Part shown: positions 1 through 9,270 of the stretch, one piece after another
How positions within the stretch are numbered: position 1 is the stretch's first letter
Layout of the letters: every line of letters begins with the position of its first letter
Assembly (NCBI GenBank): GCA_963790025.1
Contig: CAWBMP010000003.1
Coordinates: forward strand, 212,799-276,798
From: Nitrospirota bacterium
GTDB lineage: Bacteria > Nitrospirota > Thermodesulfovibrionia > Thermodesulfovibrionales > Dissulfurispiraceae
Reading direction: 5' to 3'
DNA: 64,000 nt
Notes under the pieces: generated by a model
Seen by the model: only the letters and a program-made list of their open reading frames with translations
Told to the model about the DNA's origin: nothing
Databases searched by the model: none
Program-made: the position numbers and the translations under genes

Positions 1-1965
1 TGCAGAGGTATAGCTATGGTTGATCTTGATGCTGTTGCTGTTGTCGGTTGCGCCGTCCCCAAAGACCCAACTATAGGTACAGATGCCGCCGACAGGGCAG
101 ACAGTAGATGAGGCATCGAAGCTGACGGTATTGGTGCTGCCTGACTGCGCCCAGGTAAAGTTAGGCGTCGGGAAAGTAAGGTGGATGTTGTTTGCATCTC
201 CCGCAAGCTCGATCTTTGCTTTGTATGGAGCATTGCTTTGCGTAGGATTCATGGTTACGACAGCATTATTTACCGTTGATCCCGCAGCATCGACCAGCGT
301 GATTGTATTGCCCGATACCGCAGCTATGTACGTGAAAAGATCGGCTCCTCCACCCCCGGCCCCGGCTATCTTGATCCTTTGTCCTTCGCCAAGACCTGTT
401 CCGTTGGCAACGGTTAGAGTGACAGGGTTAGAAAGCGTCAGGGAGCCGTTCGTAGTAATCTGAGCTGTCCCGCCTCCGTGGCACTGACCGCAGGCCAGAT
501 CCAAATCCACCCAAACCGAATTCTTGCCGGGAAACGTGCTGCCGTCATCAGCAGTGTTGGGAAATATCTGCCCTCCGTTAAATTGGGAGGGTGCAGGGAA
601 AGTAGTATAGGCTGCACTGACACTGATCCTGAAGAGGTGCAATCTGACAGCTTTGCCGTTGTTGGGCCTCACCATGTGGCAGACTTCGCACGAATTACTG
701 TAAAGCGACGTATCAAACGGTGTGCCGGCCGACTGCGGATGGGCGGTATTGGACACAACGATTTCAGTATGACAAACGTCACATGTGACCAGTATCGGCT
801 GGGCGCCGGTTGCAGCCTTGACAGCATCCACAGTCGATTGGTGCGGGTCATGGCATGCAGCAGTACAGCCCAGATTGTTATAGCCGTCATTGAACTGGCT
901 GGCATAGTAAGCCGGATTGTTTATCTGACCGGTGTTTGTCAGTCCGTTGTTGTTCTGTCCTGCAGTGCCGGAGAACCTGCCATGCGGGCTGTTCAGAAAC
1001 TCCTGGGTCACCGGGTAGCCGGCAAAAGCAGGCACATACACCCCATTATTGCCGACAGGCAGGTAGAGAGCAGGAGAAAAGTTGTTGGGTGTTGCAGGGT
1101 TGCCGGCCATATCAACGGTATTCTGGCCGGGCGGGTTCTGGTGGCAGTTATAGCAAAGCGCTGTACCGTCCTGGTTTGAGGGGCCGGGGGCGAAATCGAC
1201 ATCATCGCCCGAGTATTGCGGCGTCACATCATGACAGCGTGTACAGGTAACTCCGTCAAACACCCATGAATTGCCCGTATAGCCAATCTGAGAAGAGACG
1301 GTAGGACCGGGCTGAGCAGCTGTCAGCAATAAAGGGTCCGGGTTGGATTTCAGAATGCCCGGCCTCGGGTTGTAGAGAAAGGTATTGGCTACAGTGATAT
1401 TGTTGGTGGGGCTATTGTATGGAACGAAGGCAGTTGCCGTAACTGCGCCATAGCCTGTAGTGTGGCACTTTGCACACGTATACCCGCTTCCTGGTTGTGT
1501 ACCCTGTGAGTTCAGATATGATCCGTAGATAACATTTGGATTGGCAGCCGTTGACATCCAATCGCCATAAATATAATATAGCGGGGCTTTTGACCCGTCA
1601 GCCATGGTAAGCAATCCATTAAAAAAGTCTATTGCCCTCCCCGACGTGTCGGTCTGATATACCTGCCCGCCTGCCCCTACCCAGTATGCTGCCGACACGC
1701 CTGCCGTGACCTTACGCAGCACGTTCTTGTGTCCTGTCAGGAGATAGCCGGTTTTGTCCGAATCAGGCATTATGTTAGGATTATGGCAGGCCAAACATTG
1801 TTTGTTTGCAGCAGAGGCTTGCGACCAATCCCATCCGCCGTTGCCGTTCGGAACGGCGCCGTCGCCTACGAATGACCACGCCCCGGCAGTGTGAGGCAAC
1901 ATAAGAAGCAACAGTGTGAATGCAATCAGCAATAATAGAACATAAGCACTGGTTTTTCGAATCAT
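1..1965 (-). CDS. Large secreted octaheme cytochrome c with PKD-like domain (3' end runs off window; absent from ORF track)
   Basis: Manual translation from ATG at 1965 (AGGAGG upstream): MIRKTSAYVLLLLIAF... signal peptide; heme motifs CLACH, CAKCH, CTRCH, CYNCH, CTAACH, CDVCH, CEVCH, CGQCH; PKD signature FDASS...YSWVFGDG; open to position 1; paralog of 2091-5591. Confidence 0.9.
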   Translation of the reverse strand, partial: MIRKTSAYVLLLLIAFTLLLLMLPHTAGAWSFVGDGAVPNGNGGWDWSQASAANKQCLACHNPNIMPDSDKTGYLLTGHKNVLRKVTAGVSAAYWVGAGGQVYQTDTSGRAIDFFNGLLTMADGSKAPLYYIYGDWMSTAANPNVIYGSYLNSQGTQPGSGYTCAKCHTTGYGAVTATAFVPYNSPTNNITVANTFLYNPRPGILKSNPDPLLLTAAQPGPTVSSQIGYTGNSWVFDGVTCTRCHDVTPQYSGDDVDFAPGPSNQDGTALCYNCHQNPPGQNTVDMAGNPATPNNFSPALYLPVGNNGVYVPAFAGYPVTQEFLNSPHGRFSGTAGQNNNGLTNTGQINNPAYYASQFNDGYNNLGCTAACHDPHQSTVDAVKAATGAQPILVTCDVCHTEIVVSNTAHPQSAGTPFDTSLYSNSCEVCHMVRPNNGKAVRLHLFRISVSAAYTTFPAPSQFNGGQIFPNTADDGSTFPGKNSVWVDLDLACGQCHGGGTAQITTNGSLTLSNPVTLTVANGTGLGEGQRIKIAGAGGGGADLFTYIAAVSGNTITLVDAAGSTVNNAVVTMNPTQSNAPYKAKIELAGDANNIHLTFPTPNFTWAQSGSTNTVSFDASSTVCPVGGICTYSWVFGDGATDNSNSIKINHSYTSA

Positions 1966-2034
1966 TCGGGTAACCCTCCTCGAACGTTTTACGAAGTATC
2001 GCGTTGTCGAACTTTGCTCACTATTCCAGTATGC

Positions 2035-2067
2035 AAAAAGGCAGGCGGGACGTCCCGCCTGCCTTTT
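2035..2067 (-). terminator. Intrinsic terminator/attenuator between the two octaheme paralogs
   Basis: Palindrome AAAAGGCAGGCGGGACGTCCCGCCTGCCTTTT with U-tract on the minus strand. Confidence 0.75.
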
Positions 2068-2090
2068 GCGCTCATATCAACCTTGTGTTG

Positions 2091-5000
2091 CTAGTTGGAA
2101 GAGCTGATAGCTACTCCTGTTACTGCGCCGGTTGTCACCGGAACAGTGGCCGCCGGGTTTGCAAATGTATACCCCGACTTGGTCACCGTAATAGTATAGG
2201 TGCCTGGCACTACGTTTGTGAAGGTGAAGGCCCCACTGGCGTTGGTGCTGGTGATACCCTTGGTCACGCCACTGAGCTTAAGGGTAAGAGATGCTGCCGA
2301 AAGCGGGGTGCCAGCCAGGTTAGTCACTGTGCCGCTGACCGCGTATTTGGCCGGCACCGTTACCTTCTGGCTGGAGGTTGCGCTTATGCCCGAAACAGTA
2401 GCGGTGTCAACAATCGTAAAGGTGTTGTTTGTAGTATAGGTGTGGGTAAACACACCGCCTGCACTGCCTGTTGAAAGACCGGTGCCGTCACCCCAGTTGA
2501 TGGATACCGAGGAACCTGAGGTTGAGCTGTCTGTCAGGGTAACGGTCGAGCCGGTTACACTGAGAGCAAAGTTGTCGGTGGGAGCGATGTTCACAGCCAC
2601 CGTGCTGGTCTGGAAATCGTACATTTCATTAGTCGTGTCGTAAACCATCAGCTGAACAGTGTACTGATTGGAACCGACGGTTGGAGTGAACACATGCTGA
2701 CCTGAAGTGCTGGTATTAAGGATGCTTGTGTTGTTGGCACCGCTTGCGGGATCACCGAAATTCCAGTCGTACACACAGTTGCCGCTAGGACAGGTCGCGG
2801 AAGAGGCATCGAAGTTTACTGTACCGGTCTTGTCCTGTGTCTGCTGCCAGGTGAATTGGGCTGCAGGAGTACCACTGTGCATGTTCCTTGCGTCTGCTGC
2901 CAGCTCAGTTTTGGATTTGTAAGGAGCATTATTGGTGACGTAATTGGATCCGAAGCTTCCGCCGTGGCACTGGCCGCAAGCCATATCAAGGTCGACCCAG
3001 ACAGCATTGTTATATAACACTGTGGCATCTTTCTTGAATTCCGGTGCGGTTTGTGCGTCTCTATCCATCAGGGTTCCGGCGGGCAAGGCACTCCATGTGC
3101 CGCTGTTCGCGGTACAATTGGCGGAACTGGTATCAGACTGGTACACAACAGGTAAACTCGGAGCATTCTGGACCGGACCGGCATGTACGCTGCACGTTCC
3201 GTTGTAGAACTGGCCCGTTGTCGGGAAGGTACTGTAAGTTGAACTTGAATTGATTCTCCATACATGGACCGGCATCGAATTCTGATTGCCGTTTGCCAAG
3301 GCCTGTGTAGCCATGTGGCAGACTTCGCACGAACCATTGGGATAGAGAGTGGTATCGAACGGAGTACCGGGAGTCTGAGGATGATTAAACGATGCTACCT
3401 GCGGTGTAGCAGTGTCGGTAGCGCCGGTCGAAGCATTGTTCACGTGGCAATCTGCACACGTTTTTCTGATGGCCGCCCCTGCCTGGCTGTCTACAAAGAG
3501 GCTGTTGTGAACATCATGACAGGTGGTGCATGTACCCTGGTAGCCGGACTGAGTTGTGGCTCCACCTACATCATCTCTCCAAGCGTAGCCTGATATGGCA
3601 GTACATTGTGCCTGGGTTGTAATCGGCGAGCCGTTGCTCTGGGTCGTTGCCAGACTGCTGCTGGTGCTGCCCTGGAAGCAGGAGTAGCCTTTGAATATAC
3701 TGTTATATTCTGCTGCCACGGCTGTGCCTGCAGAATCATAAAGATCATTTTCACCAAGGGGGTTCGGCGTAATGGAGCCGTTGCCGGTCTGTGCGCCGAG
3801 GTATCTGGCATGAACGCTGTTCAGGAACGAGTTGCCGAGAACATGGCCGTTGAAGTCGCGGCCTGCTGCTGCCCCGTGGCTGACACCTGTCGGGATTATT
3901 GTCGGATCAAACTGTGATGTTCCGCTTGTTGAACCGCCCTCGGCTGGATACAACTTTGCGATACTCTGGTGGCAGCCGAAGCAGAGATTATTCCTGCCTA
4001 CTCCATCAGCGAGATTGCCCATTCCACTACTTGTAGGATATGTTGAAGGGAAGGACGATGCGGCAATCTGAGCCGCAGTTACCGAAGGAACAGTTGCATT
4101 GTGACATCTTGAGCAGTTGATGCCTTCGAGGTCCCAAGCATAGCCGGCTTTAACAGCACTGGCATAACCTGCGCCGGCGGCAGTGGGCTGTTGCCCAACG
4201 TATCCAGGGGTGCCGACTGACTGCACACCTGGTGTTGCGGCAGTGCCGCCACTAAAGCCGGTCGAATGGCAGTTTGCACAACTGTAATTGCTGCCTGCAA
4301 TAGCAACGCTCGGAAGCGCAGCCATCCAGTCACCATAGATGTAATACATAGGATTCGAGCCGTCCAAAGCACTTCCGGCGGCCCCAAGAACTCCAAATGT
4401 CATCGCATTTGTGCCGTCGGTAGTATAAACAACGCCGTTAGCACCTGCCCACGCGAGGCCGGGTGTGACCTTCCTCAGCATGTTTTTATGGCCGGTCTGA
4501 AGATACGAATCTTTGTATCTGTTGAACGGGCCGTTATACTGCACTAAAGTGCTGTGGCAGTGGAGACAACCATTATCGCCATTTACAGCCTGCTGGGTGA
4601 GGTCAAAAACGACACCCTTGGTAATGGAGGTATCAACAAGCGTAACCTGATATCCCGGACCCATGGGAATCCAGTTGGACCAGGAGCCGCCATTTGCAAG
4701 ACATGCTCCCTGGGTGGTAAGAGTGCTCAGATCAACAGTTGCGCCTGCTGCTGCGGTTACTCCGCCGATTACGGCAGTACTTCCAGTTACAGCCGTTAAG
4801 GCACTGTTAAGCGGTCCGGCGACACCATAAGCATAAACGCAGTTGCCTGAGCTAACAGACCAACCAAATGATGTCGTGGCGTTGGTGCTTGTGGATGGGC
4901 AGGTCGATGAAGTGTAACCAGTCGCTCTCATACTTGTATAGCAGAAACCTGTGTTGGACGCTTGAGTGGTACCTTGCGCCCCAAAAGTCAGAGGATTTCC

Positions 5001-5591
5001 GCTGCCATCCTGTCCCCTGAACTGCCAGCCATAGGCTATACACATGGCCGAAGTGCCGTTAGCTTTATTGTTGACGCCCGTGGCATTGGCTAATACGCCC
5101 CCCAAGGCATTACACATTTGAGAGTCCCTGTCCAGGTTCTTCAAAGAAATGCCGGTTAGAATGTTCCCGCTTCCATCAATTGTCACGCAGGTGCTGCTGC
5201 CCGGTGCGGCATACTTGAGGCCTGATGTGTTGCTTCCTGTCTTTCCGCATACATTGGCCAAAGTGTCGTTGGAAGTGATCGCAGTCACGGAAACAAGCCT
5301 CGCATCGCAATCTCTCTTGGTGAGAATAGTAGGATCAGTAACCATATTGCCGCTAGCGTCTATGCTGAGAACGCATATGCCGTCACTGGGTGCTATCCAG
5401 TTGCTGAATGTAACACCACCAGTTGTCCCGTTAGCATTAGTAGCGGTAAGATGTATGCCGTCAGCGGCTACCACACCATTCTGAACCGCACCGTCACTTT
5501 GGTACATTGCCCCGGCATTTCCTATCATCATAAATGAAGAAATGACAAGGGCAACGATCGACATGAGAATCATCAAACGTTTTTGCTTCAT
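2091..5591 (-). CDS. 1166-aa secreted octaheme cytochrome c with Cys-rich N-region, two PKD-like domains and a C-terminal carboxypeptidase-regulatory-like beta-sandwich
   Basis: Signal peptide; 8 CXXCH (CLHCH, CANCH, CSRCH, CFGCH, CTTCH, CADCH, CEVCH, CGQCH); YDWNFGD and INWGDG PKD motifs; C-terminal VSGTVT...GTYTITVTKSGYTF. Confidence 0.9.
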   Translation of the reverse strand: MKQKRLMILMSIVALVISSFMMIGNAGAMYQSDGAVQNGVVAADGIHLTATNANGTTGGVTFSNWIAPSDGICVLSIDASGNMVTDPTILTKRDCDARLVSVTAITSNDTLANVCGKTGSNTSGLKYAAPGSSTCVTIDGSGNILTGISLKNLDRDSQMCNALGGVLANATGVNNKANGTSAMCIAYGWQFRGQDGSGNPLTFGAQGTTQASNTGFCYTSMRATGYTSSTCPSTSTNATTSFGWSVSSGNCVYAYGVAGPLNSALTAVTGSTAVIGGVTAAAGATVDLSTLTTQGACLANGGSWSNWIPMGPGYQVTLVDTSITKGVVFDLTQQAVNGDNGCLHCHSTLVQYNGPFNRYKDSYLQTGHKNMLRKVTPGLAWAGANGVVYTTDGTNAMTFGVLGAAGSALDGSNPMYYIYGDWMAALPSVAIAGSNYSCANCHSTGFSGGTAATPGVQSVGTPGYVGQQPTAAGAGYASAVKAGYAWDLEGINCSRCHNATVPSVTAAQIAASSFPSTYPTSSGMGNLADGVGRNNLCFGCHQSIAKLYPAEGGSTSGTSQFDPTIIPTGVSHGAAAGRDFNGHVLGNSFLNSVHARYLGAQTGNGSITPNPLGENDLYDSAGTAVAAEYNSIFKGYSCFQGSTSSSLATTQSNGSPITTQAQCTAISGYAWRDDVGGATTQSGYQGTCTTCHDVHNSLFVDSQAGAAIRKTCADCHVNNASTGATDTATPQVASFNHPQTPGTPFDTTLYPNGSCEVCHMATQALANGNQNSMPVHVWRINSSSTYSTFPTTGQFYNGTCSVHAGPVQNAPSLPVVYQSDTSSANCTANSGTWSALPAGTLMDRDAQTAPEFKKDATVLYNNAVWVDLDMACGQCHGGSFGSNYVTNNAPYKSKTELAADARNMHSGTPAAQFTWQQTQDKTGTVNFDASSATCPSGNCVYDWNFGDPASGANNTSILNTSTSGQHVFTPTVGSNQYTVQLMVYDTTNEMYDFQTSTVAVNIAPTDNFALSVTGSTVTLTDSSTSGSSVSINWGDGTGLSTGSAGGVFTHTYTTNNTFTIVDTATVSGISATSSQKVTVPAKYAVSGTVTNLAGTPLSAASLTLKLSGVTKGITSTNASGAFTFTNVVPGTYTITVTKSGYTFANPAATVPVTTGAVTGVAISSSN

Positions 5592-5773
5592 TAAAGCCCC
5601 CTTTTAAATAGGTATTTATACGCAAGTCATATGCAACGCATTGCCTTCTATTTGTTCACTACGTCTTCTCTTTTGAACGACACTCTGTCTTCTGCGATCA
5701 CCTCCTCGTTATTCCAATGCTGCCATGTGGTAATCCTGCTACGCGGTAAAAAATTTGGGGGTACAATATGATT

Positions 5774-5789
5774 AGCATAAACTGTACCA
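5774..5789 (-). promoter_or_regulatory. Sigma-54 (-24/-12) promoter for the octaheme genes
   Basis: Minus strand TGGTACAGTTTATGCT = GG-N10-GC. Confidence 0.65.
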
Positions 5790-6175
5790 AGCCATTGAAA
5801 TGACATATCCAACAGGGGAGCTTTGCTATAACTTATTATTATAAAAGGAGGATTTGTAGATAGTCCGACCGGGGTCCTAATAATGGGTGCACCTTTCCGG
5901 CAGCGCGTAATTGGTGAAATAGCGAGGTCGGGTACAGCAATTTCACGGAAAACGAAAAAGGCAAAGGGTGTCAGGCCAAAACCTGAGGACTGAAGGGCGG
6001 CAGAAAGAACGGCCGCGCTTCATTTTTATATAGAAGACGTCCCAGAAAACTTTTAAGGACGTTCCGCGTTTTCACCGGAAGCTCCGGCCATATCACCAGT
6101 CTTTTTGCTGTTGTGATGCACTTCAATTCCGGATTTTTCCTTATTTTAAAACGAGATAGCTATGGTTAATGATTG

Positions 6176-6191
6176 TGGCACACAGCTTGCT
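6176..6191 (+). promoter_or_regulatory. Sigma-54 (-24/-12) promoter for the OmcE-like gene
   Basis: TGGCACACAGCTTGCT, near-consensus TGGCAC-N5-TTGC. Confidence 0.8.
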
Positions 6192-6357
6192 TCTACAAAG
6201 GATAAGATTTCGGAGATTACCTGCCGGTAAAAAGTTTTAGGAAGTGCCCTTTCTTTAGATGGGGGTCCGAAGAGGGGCGAGAGAAAATCTGCTTTAAGCA
6301 GAATGAAATCAGCAGGAACTGTAAGACTAAAAAATACTGATCTAGGAGGAATTAGCA

Positions 6358-7212
6358 ATGAAGAAACAATTGGTTTTAGTGCTGGCACTGATGCTGGCGA
6401 TGTTTTTGGTAGGTAATGCATATGGTTATACGCCCGGCGCAGGTATTAAGACAAGCCCGCATGACCTCAGTAAGGCAGGCGGCAGCATAGGCAAGCCCTA
6501 CGGCGGGGCAACTGAACAGGCCGGCCTGGACAGAATTTGCGTGTACTGCCATGCCCCTCACCATACGATAAAGCCAAGCGATGCGTCAACTTTAGCTTAT
6601 AGTTATGTGCCGCTATGGAACCATGATTTAACCACACAGACATTTACTATGTATACAAACAATTCTGGTAATGTCTCTGGTGATCCTACCCGCCAGGCTC
6701 CCGGCTCCGGCGGTCAGGTGAATAATCTTGCGGCTACTGCGGGGAGCCCCTCAACGCTTTGCCTCAGCTGCCACGATGGAACAGTAGCAACTGACGCATA
6801 CGGCAACGGAGGCGGTCCCAGCAGTTCAGGCTACGGCAGCTACAACTGGTCGCCTTCCAAAAGTTCCGGCACCCAGTTCATCCAGAATAACGCATACCAG
6901 ATCGGCGCAGGCGGAGACCTTAGCAATCATCATCCCATCGGATTCGACTATATCAAAGCATACAATAACAGCCAGAGCAGCCAAAACGGAGATTACGCAC
7001 TTGCGAACATCAGCACACCCATGGGAACCGGCAGGACAATAGGCCAGCTTCTGTGGAATGCAACATGGAATACTAATAGGACGACTCAGACGGGCGGCAC
7101 TATGGAGTGCACCACATGCCATTCCGTGCACAACAAGGCCAACACCGGCCAGAGACTCCTGTGGGTAGAAGACACAAACAGCGCCTTCTGTATGACCTGT
7201 CACCTTAAATAA
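6358..7212 (+). CDS. omcE: OmcE-like secreted tetraheme cytochrome c (nanowire-type)
   Basis: Signal peptide; motif order HDLS...ICVYCHAPH...PLWN...LCLSCHDG...DLSNHHPIGF...ECTTCHSVH...FCMTCHLK, matching my recollection of Geobacter OmcE; NHL gene downstream. Confidence 0.8.
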   Translation: MKKQLVLVLALMLAMFLVGNAYGYTPGAGIKTSPHDLSKAGGSIGKPYGGATEQAGLDRICVYCHAPHHTIKPSDASTLAYSYVPLWNHDLTTQTFTMYTNNSGNVSGDPTRQAPGSGGQVNNLAATAGSPSTLCLSCHDGTVATDAYGNGGGPSSSGYGSYNWSPSKSSGTQFIQNNAYQIGAGGDLSNHHPIGFDYIKAYNNSQSSQNGDYALANISTPMGTGRTIGQLLWNATWNTNRTTQTGGTMECTTCHSVHNKANTGQRLLWVEDTNSAFCMTCHLK

Positions 7213-7231
7213 GTTTCATCTCTATTCGTAC

Positions 7232-7267
7232 AAAAAGGGGGGGATGGTCAGCCATTCCCCCCTTTTT
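7232..7267 (+). terminator. Intrinsic terminator after the omcE-like gene
   Basis: AAAAAGGGGGGGATGG-TCAG-CCATTCCCCCCTTTTT. Confidence 0.8.
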
Positions 7268-7280
7268 AATGGAAAAACAA

Positions 7281-7372
7281 AAGGAAGTATCTGAGTGTCT
7301 GAGCATCAAAGCAGGGTCTTCAAAAGTCTTTTACTTTAATGCTGTGACACTCTGATACTCTGACACTTCCTT
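7281..7372. repeat. Imperfect palindrome built from degenerate 8-mers
   Basis: AAGGAAGTATCTGAGTGTCTGAGCATC ... GACACTCTGATACTCTGACACTTCCTT. Confidence 0.6.
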
Positions 7373-7468
7373 CTGGTGGTTAAATGATAAAACTGTCAGT
7401 TATGTGGTATTCTAAAATTGTTTCTCCCTGCTATGGAAGAGAACGATATTACGTAAAGAGGTGTTGTA

Positions 7469-8656
7469 ATGAAAAAGCTGTTTATTTTCTGCACAGCATT
7501 TGTGTTTGCCGTGGCGGTCGGTTGCGCCATGCCCGAGAAAAAAGAGGAAACCAAGGTTTTCTACCCGGAACCTCCTGAATTGCCACGCATTCAGTTTCTC
7601 GCGTCGTTTACAGGGTCAAAGGACATTGAGCCCGAGAAGTCGGCCCTGGATGTCTTTCTGACCGGCAAGGAATCGGGCAGACTCCTGCAAAAGCCGTATG
7701 GAGTTGCCATTTACAATGGGAAGATGTATGTCTGCGACACAATGCAGGGCGTTATGATCTTCGATTTTCAGAAGAGGATGTTAAGGCCCCTGCAGGGCGA
7801 CCGCGGGCCCGGCAAGCTGGTGCAGCCGATCAACATCAGCATAGACAGGGCCGGAAATAAATATGTGGCCGACCCTGCCCGCGGACAGGTGGTTGAATAC
7901 GATAAGGACGATTTCTACGTAAGGGCGATCGGGACGCCCGGCGGGTGGAGGCCGGTGGATGCCGCAGTATACGAGGACAGCGTTTATGTGGCCGATATAA
8001 AAAACGCCGAAATAAAGGTGTTTGACAGAGAGACCGGAGCTCCCGTCCGGCAGTTCGGCCAGACAGGAGAACCGAAAGACCGTCTGTCGCTGCCGGCCAA
8101 CATCGCATTTGACCCTGAAGGAGACCTCTATGTTTCGGACATAGGGAGATTTCAGATCGTAAAGTTCGACCGGGACGGCCATGTCAGGGGGACGTTCGGT
8201 GAGCTCGGCTCCGAAGCGGGGCACTTTGCCCGGCCCAAGGGAATCTCTGTCGACCGGAACGGCAATCTGTATGCGGTAGATTCCGCATTCGACGTGGTGC
8301 AGATGTTCGATAAAGATGCGCATCTCCTGCTTTTCTTCGGCAAGGCTGGGACAGGTCCGGGCGACCTCCAGCTCCCCGCAAAGGTCACTGTGGATTACGA
8401 CAACGTAAAGTATTTTGCAAACTATGCAGACCCAAAGTTCGATATCCAACATATAATTATCGTGACGAACCAGATGGGCGACCGCATGGTCAATGTGTAT
8501 GCTTTCGGCAAAGAGAAGGGGAAGAAATACCCCAGCAATGAGGAATTGGAAGCACAGGTAAAAGAGAAGTTCGACAAGCTCAGGAAAGAGCAAGAGGGAA
8601 AAAACAAAGGCAAGGCGGAGGAAGGAACAGACGAGGGCACAAAAAAGTCCGAATAA
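7469..8656 (+). CDS. NHL-repeat beta-propeller lipoprotein
   Basis: Lipobox VAVGC; repeated P-x-x-I/V-x-x-D...YVxD units (PYGVAI, PINISID, PANIAFD, PKGISVD). Confidence 0.9.
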   Translation: MKKLFIFCTAFVFAVAVGCAMPEKKEETKVFYPEPPELPRIQFLASFTGSKDIEPEKSALDVFLTGKESGRLLQKPYGVAIYNGKMYVCDTMQGVMIFDFQKRMLRPLQGDRGPGKLVQPINISIDRAGNKYVADPARGQVVEYDKDDFYVRAIGTPGGWRPVDAAVYEDSVYVADIKNAEIKVFDRETGAPVRQFGQTGEPKDRLSLPANIAFDPEGDLYVSDIGRFQIVKFDRDGHVRGTFGELGSEAGHFARPKGISVDRNGNLYAVDSAFDVVQMFDKDAHLLLFFGKAGTGPGDLQLPAKVTVDYDNVKYFANYADPKFDIQHIIIVTNQMGDRMVNVYAFGKEKGKKYPSNEELEAQVKEKFDKLRKEQEGKNKGKAEEGTDEGTKKSE

Positions 8657-8673
8657 CGGCAGTTTCAAGAACA

Positions 8674-9270
8674 ATGGCAATATGGACAAAAACGGTGTTG
8701 CTGCTCTTCCTTCTGCTCATTGCGGCGGGATGCTCCCGACAGCAAGTGTTGCCTGACCAGTCAGAAAACGTACCGAGCGCGACGAACGGACTATATCGCG
8801 TGTTGGGCTTTTTTATCGATGGATTGACACCGCCTGAAAAGGATAAAGACGCGGGGGGCAAAGTAAGCGCTGAAGCGCCGGGATCGAAGAAAGAGGCGCT
8901 AGGGTACAGGGAACATGGCCCCTATGCAGCTAACCTCTGCGGAGCTTGCCATGTACAGACCGGAAGCAATCAGCTTATTATGCCCGTTGAGGAGCTTTGC
9001 CAGAATTGCCACGTCTTGAATCTCAAAAAGAAAAAGGTCCACGGCCCGGTCGTGACAGGCGGGTGCAAAGTTTGCCATGATCCGCATGCCTCGCCGTACC
9101 GCTTTTTACTTGTGTCCGAATCGAAGGACTTTTGTTATTATTGCCACTCCCGGACGGATATCGAAAAAAGGGAGGTGCACAGGAAAACCGATGTTGGGTG
9201 TACTTATTGTCACGAGGCCCACGCATCAGACAATGAATACTTGCTGCGAACAGAAGAGGTCGGGAAATGA
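8674..9270 (+). CDS. Pentaheme cytochrome c lipoprotein
   Basis: Lipobox IAAGC; CGACH, CQNCH, CKVCH, CYYCH, CTYCH with HGP spacers. Confidence 0.9.
   Translation: MAIWTKTVLLLFLLLIAAGCSRQQVLPDQSENVPSATNGLYRVLGFFIDGLTPPEKDKDAGGKVSAEAPGSKKEALGYREHGPYAANLCGACHVQTGSNQLIMPVEELCQNCHVLNLKKKKVHGPVVTGGCKVCHDPHASPYRFLLVSESKDFCYYCHSRTDIEKREVHRKTDVGCTYCHEAHASDNEYLLRTEEVGK

Noticed and set aside
83..1250. Plus-strand ORFs 83-463, 478-1179 and 936-1250, and similar antisense ORFs across the window
   Set aside because: They are shadows of motif-bearing genes on the opposite strand, with no recognisable features
5650..5710. AGGAGGTGAT in the leader of the 1166-aa gene as the RBS of a leader peptide
   Set aside because: The nearest GTG is poorly spaced and gives only about 11 codons; no supporting evidence
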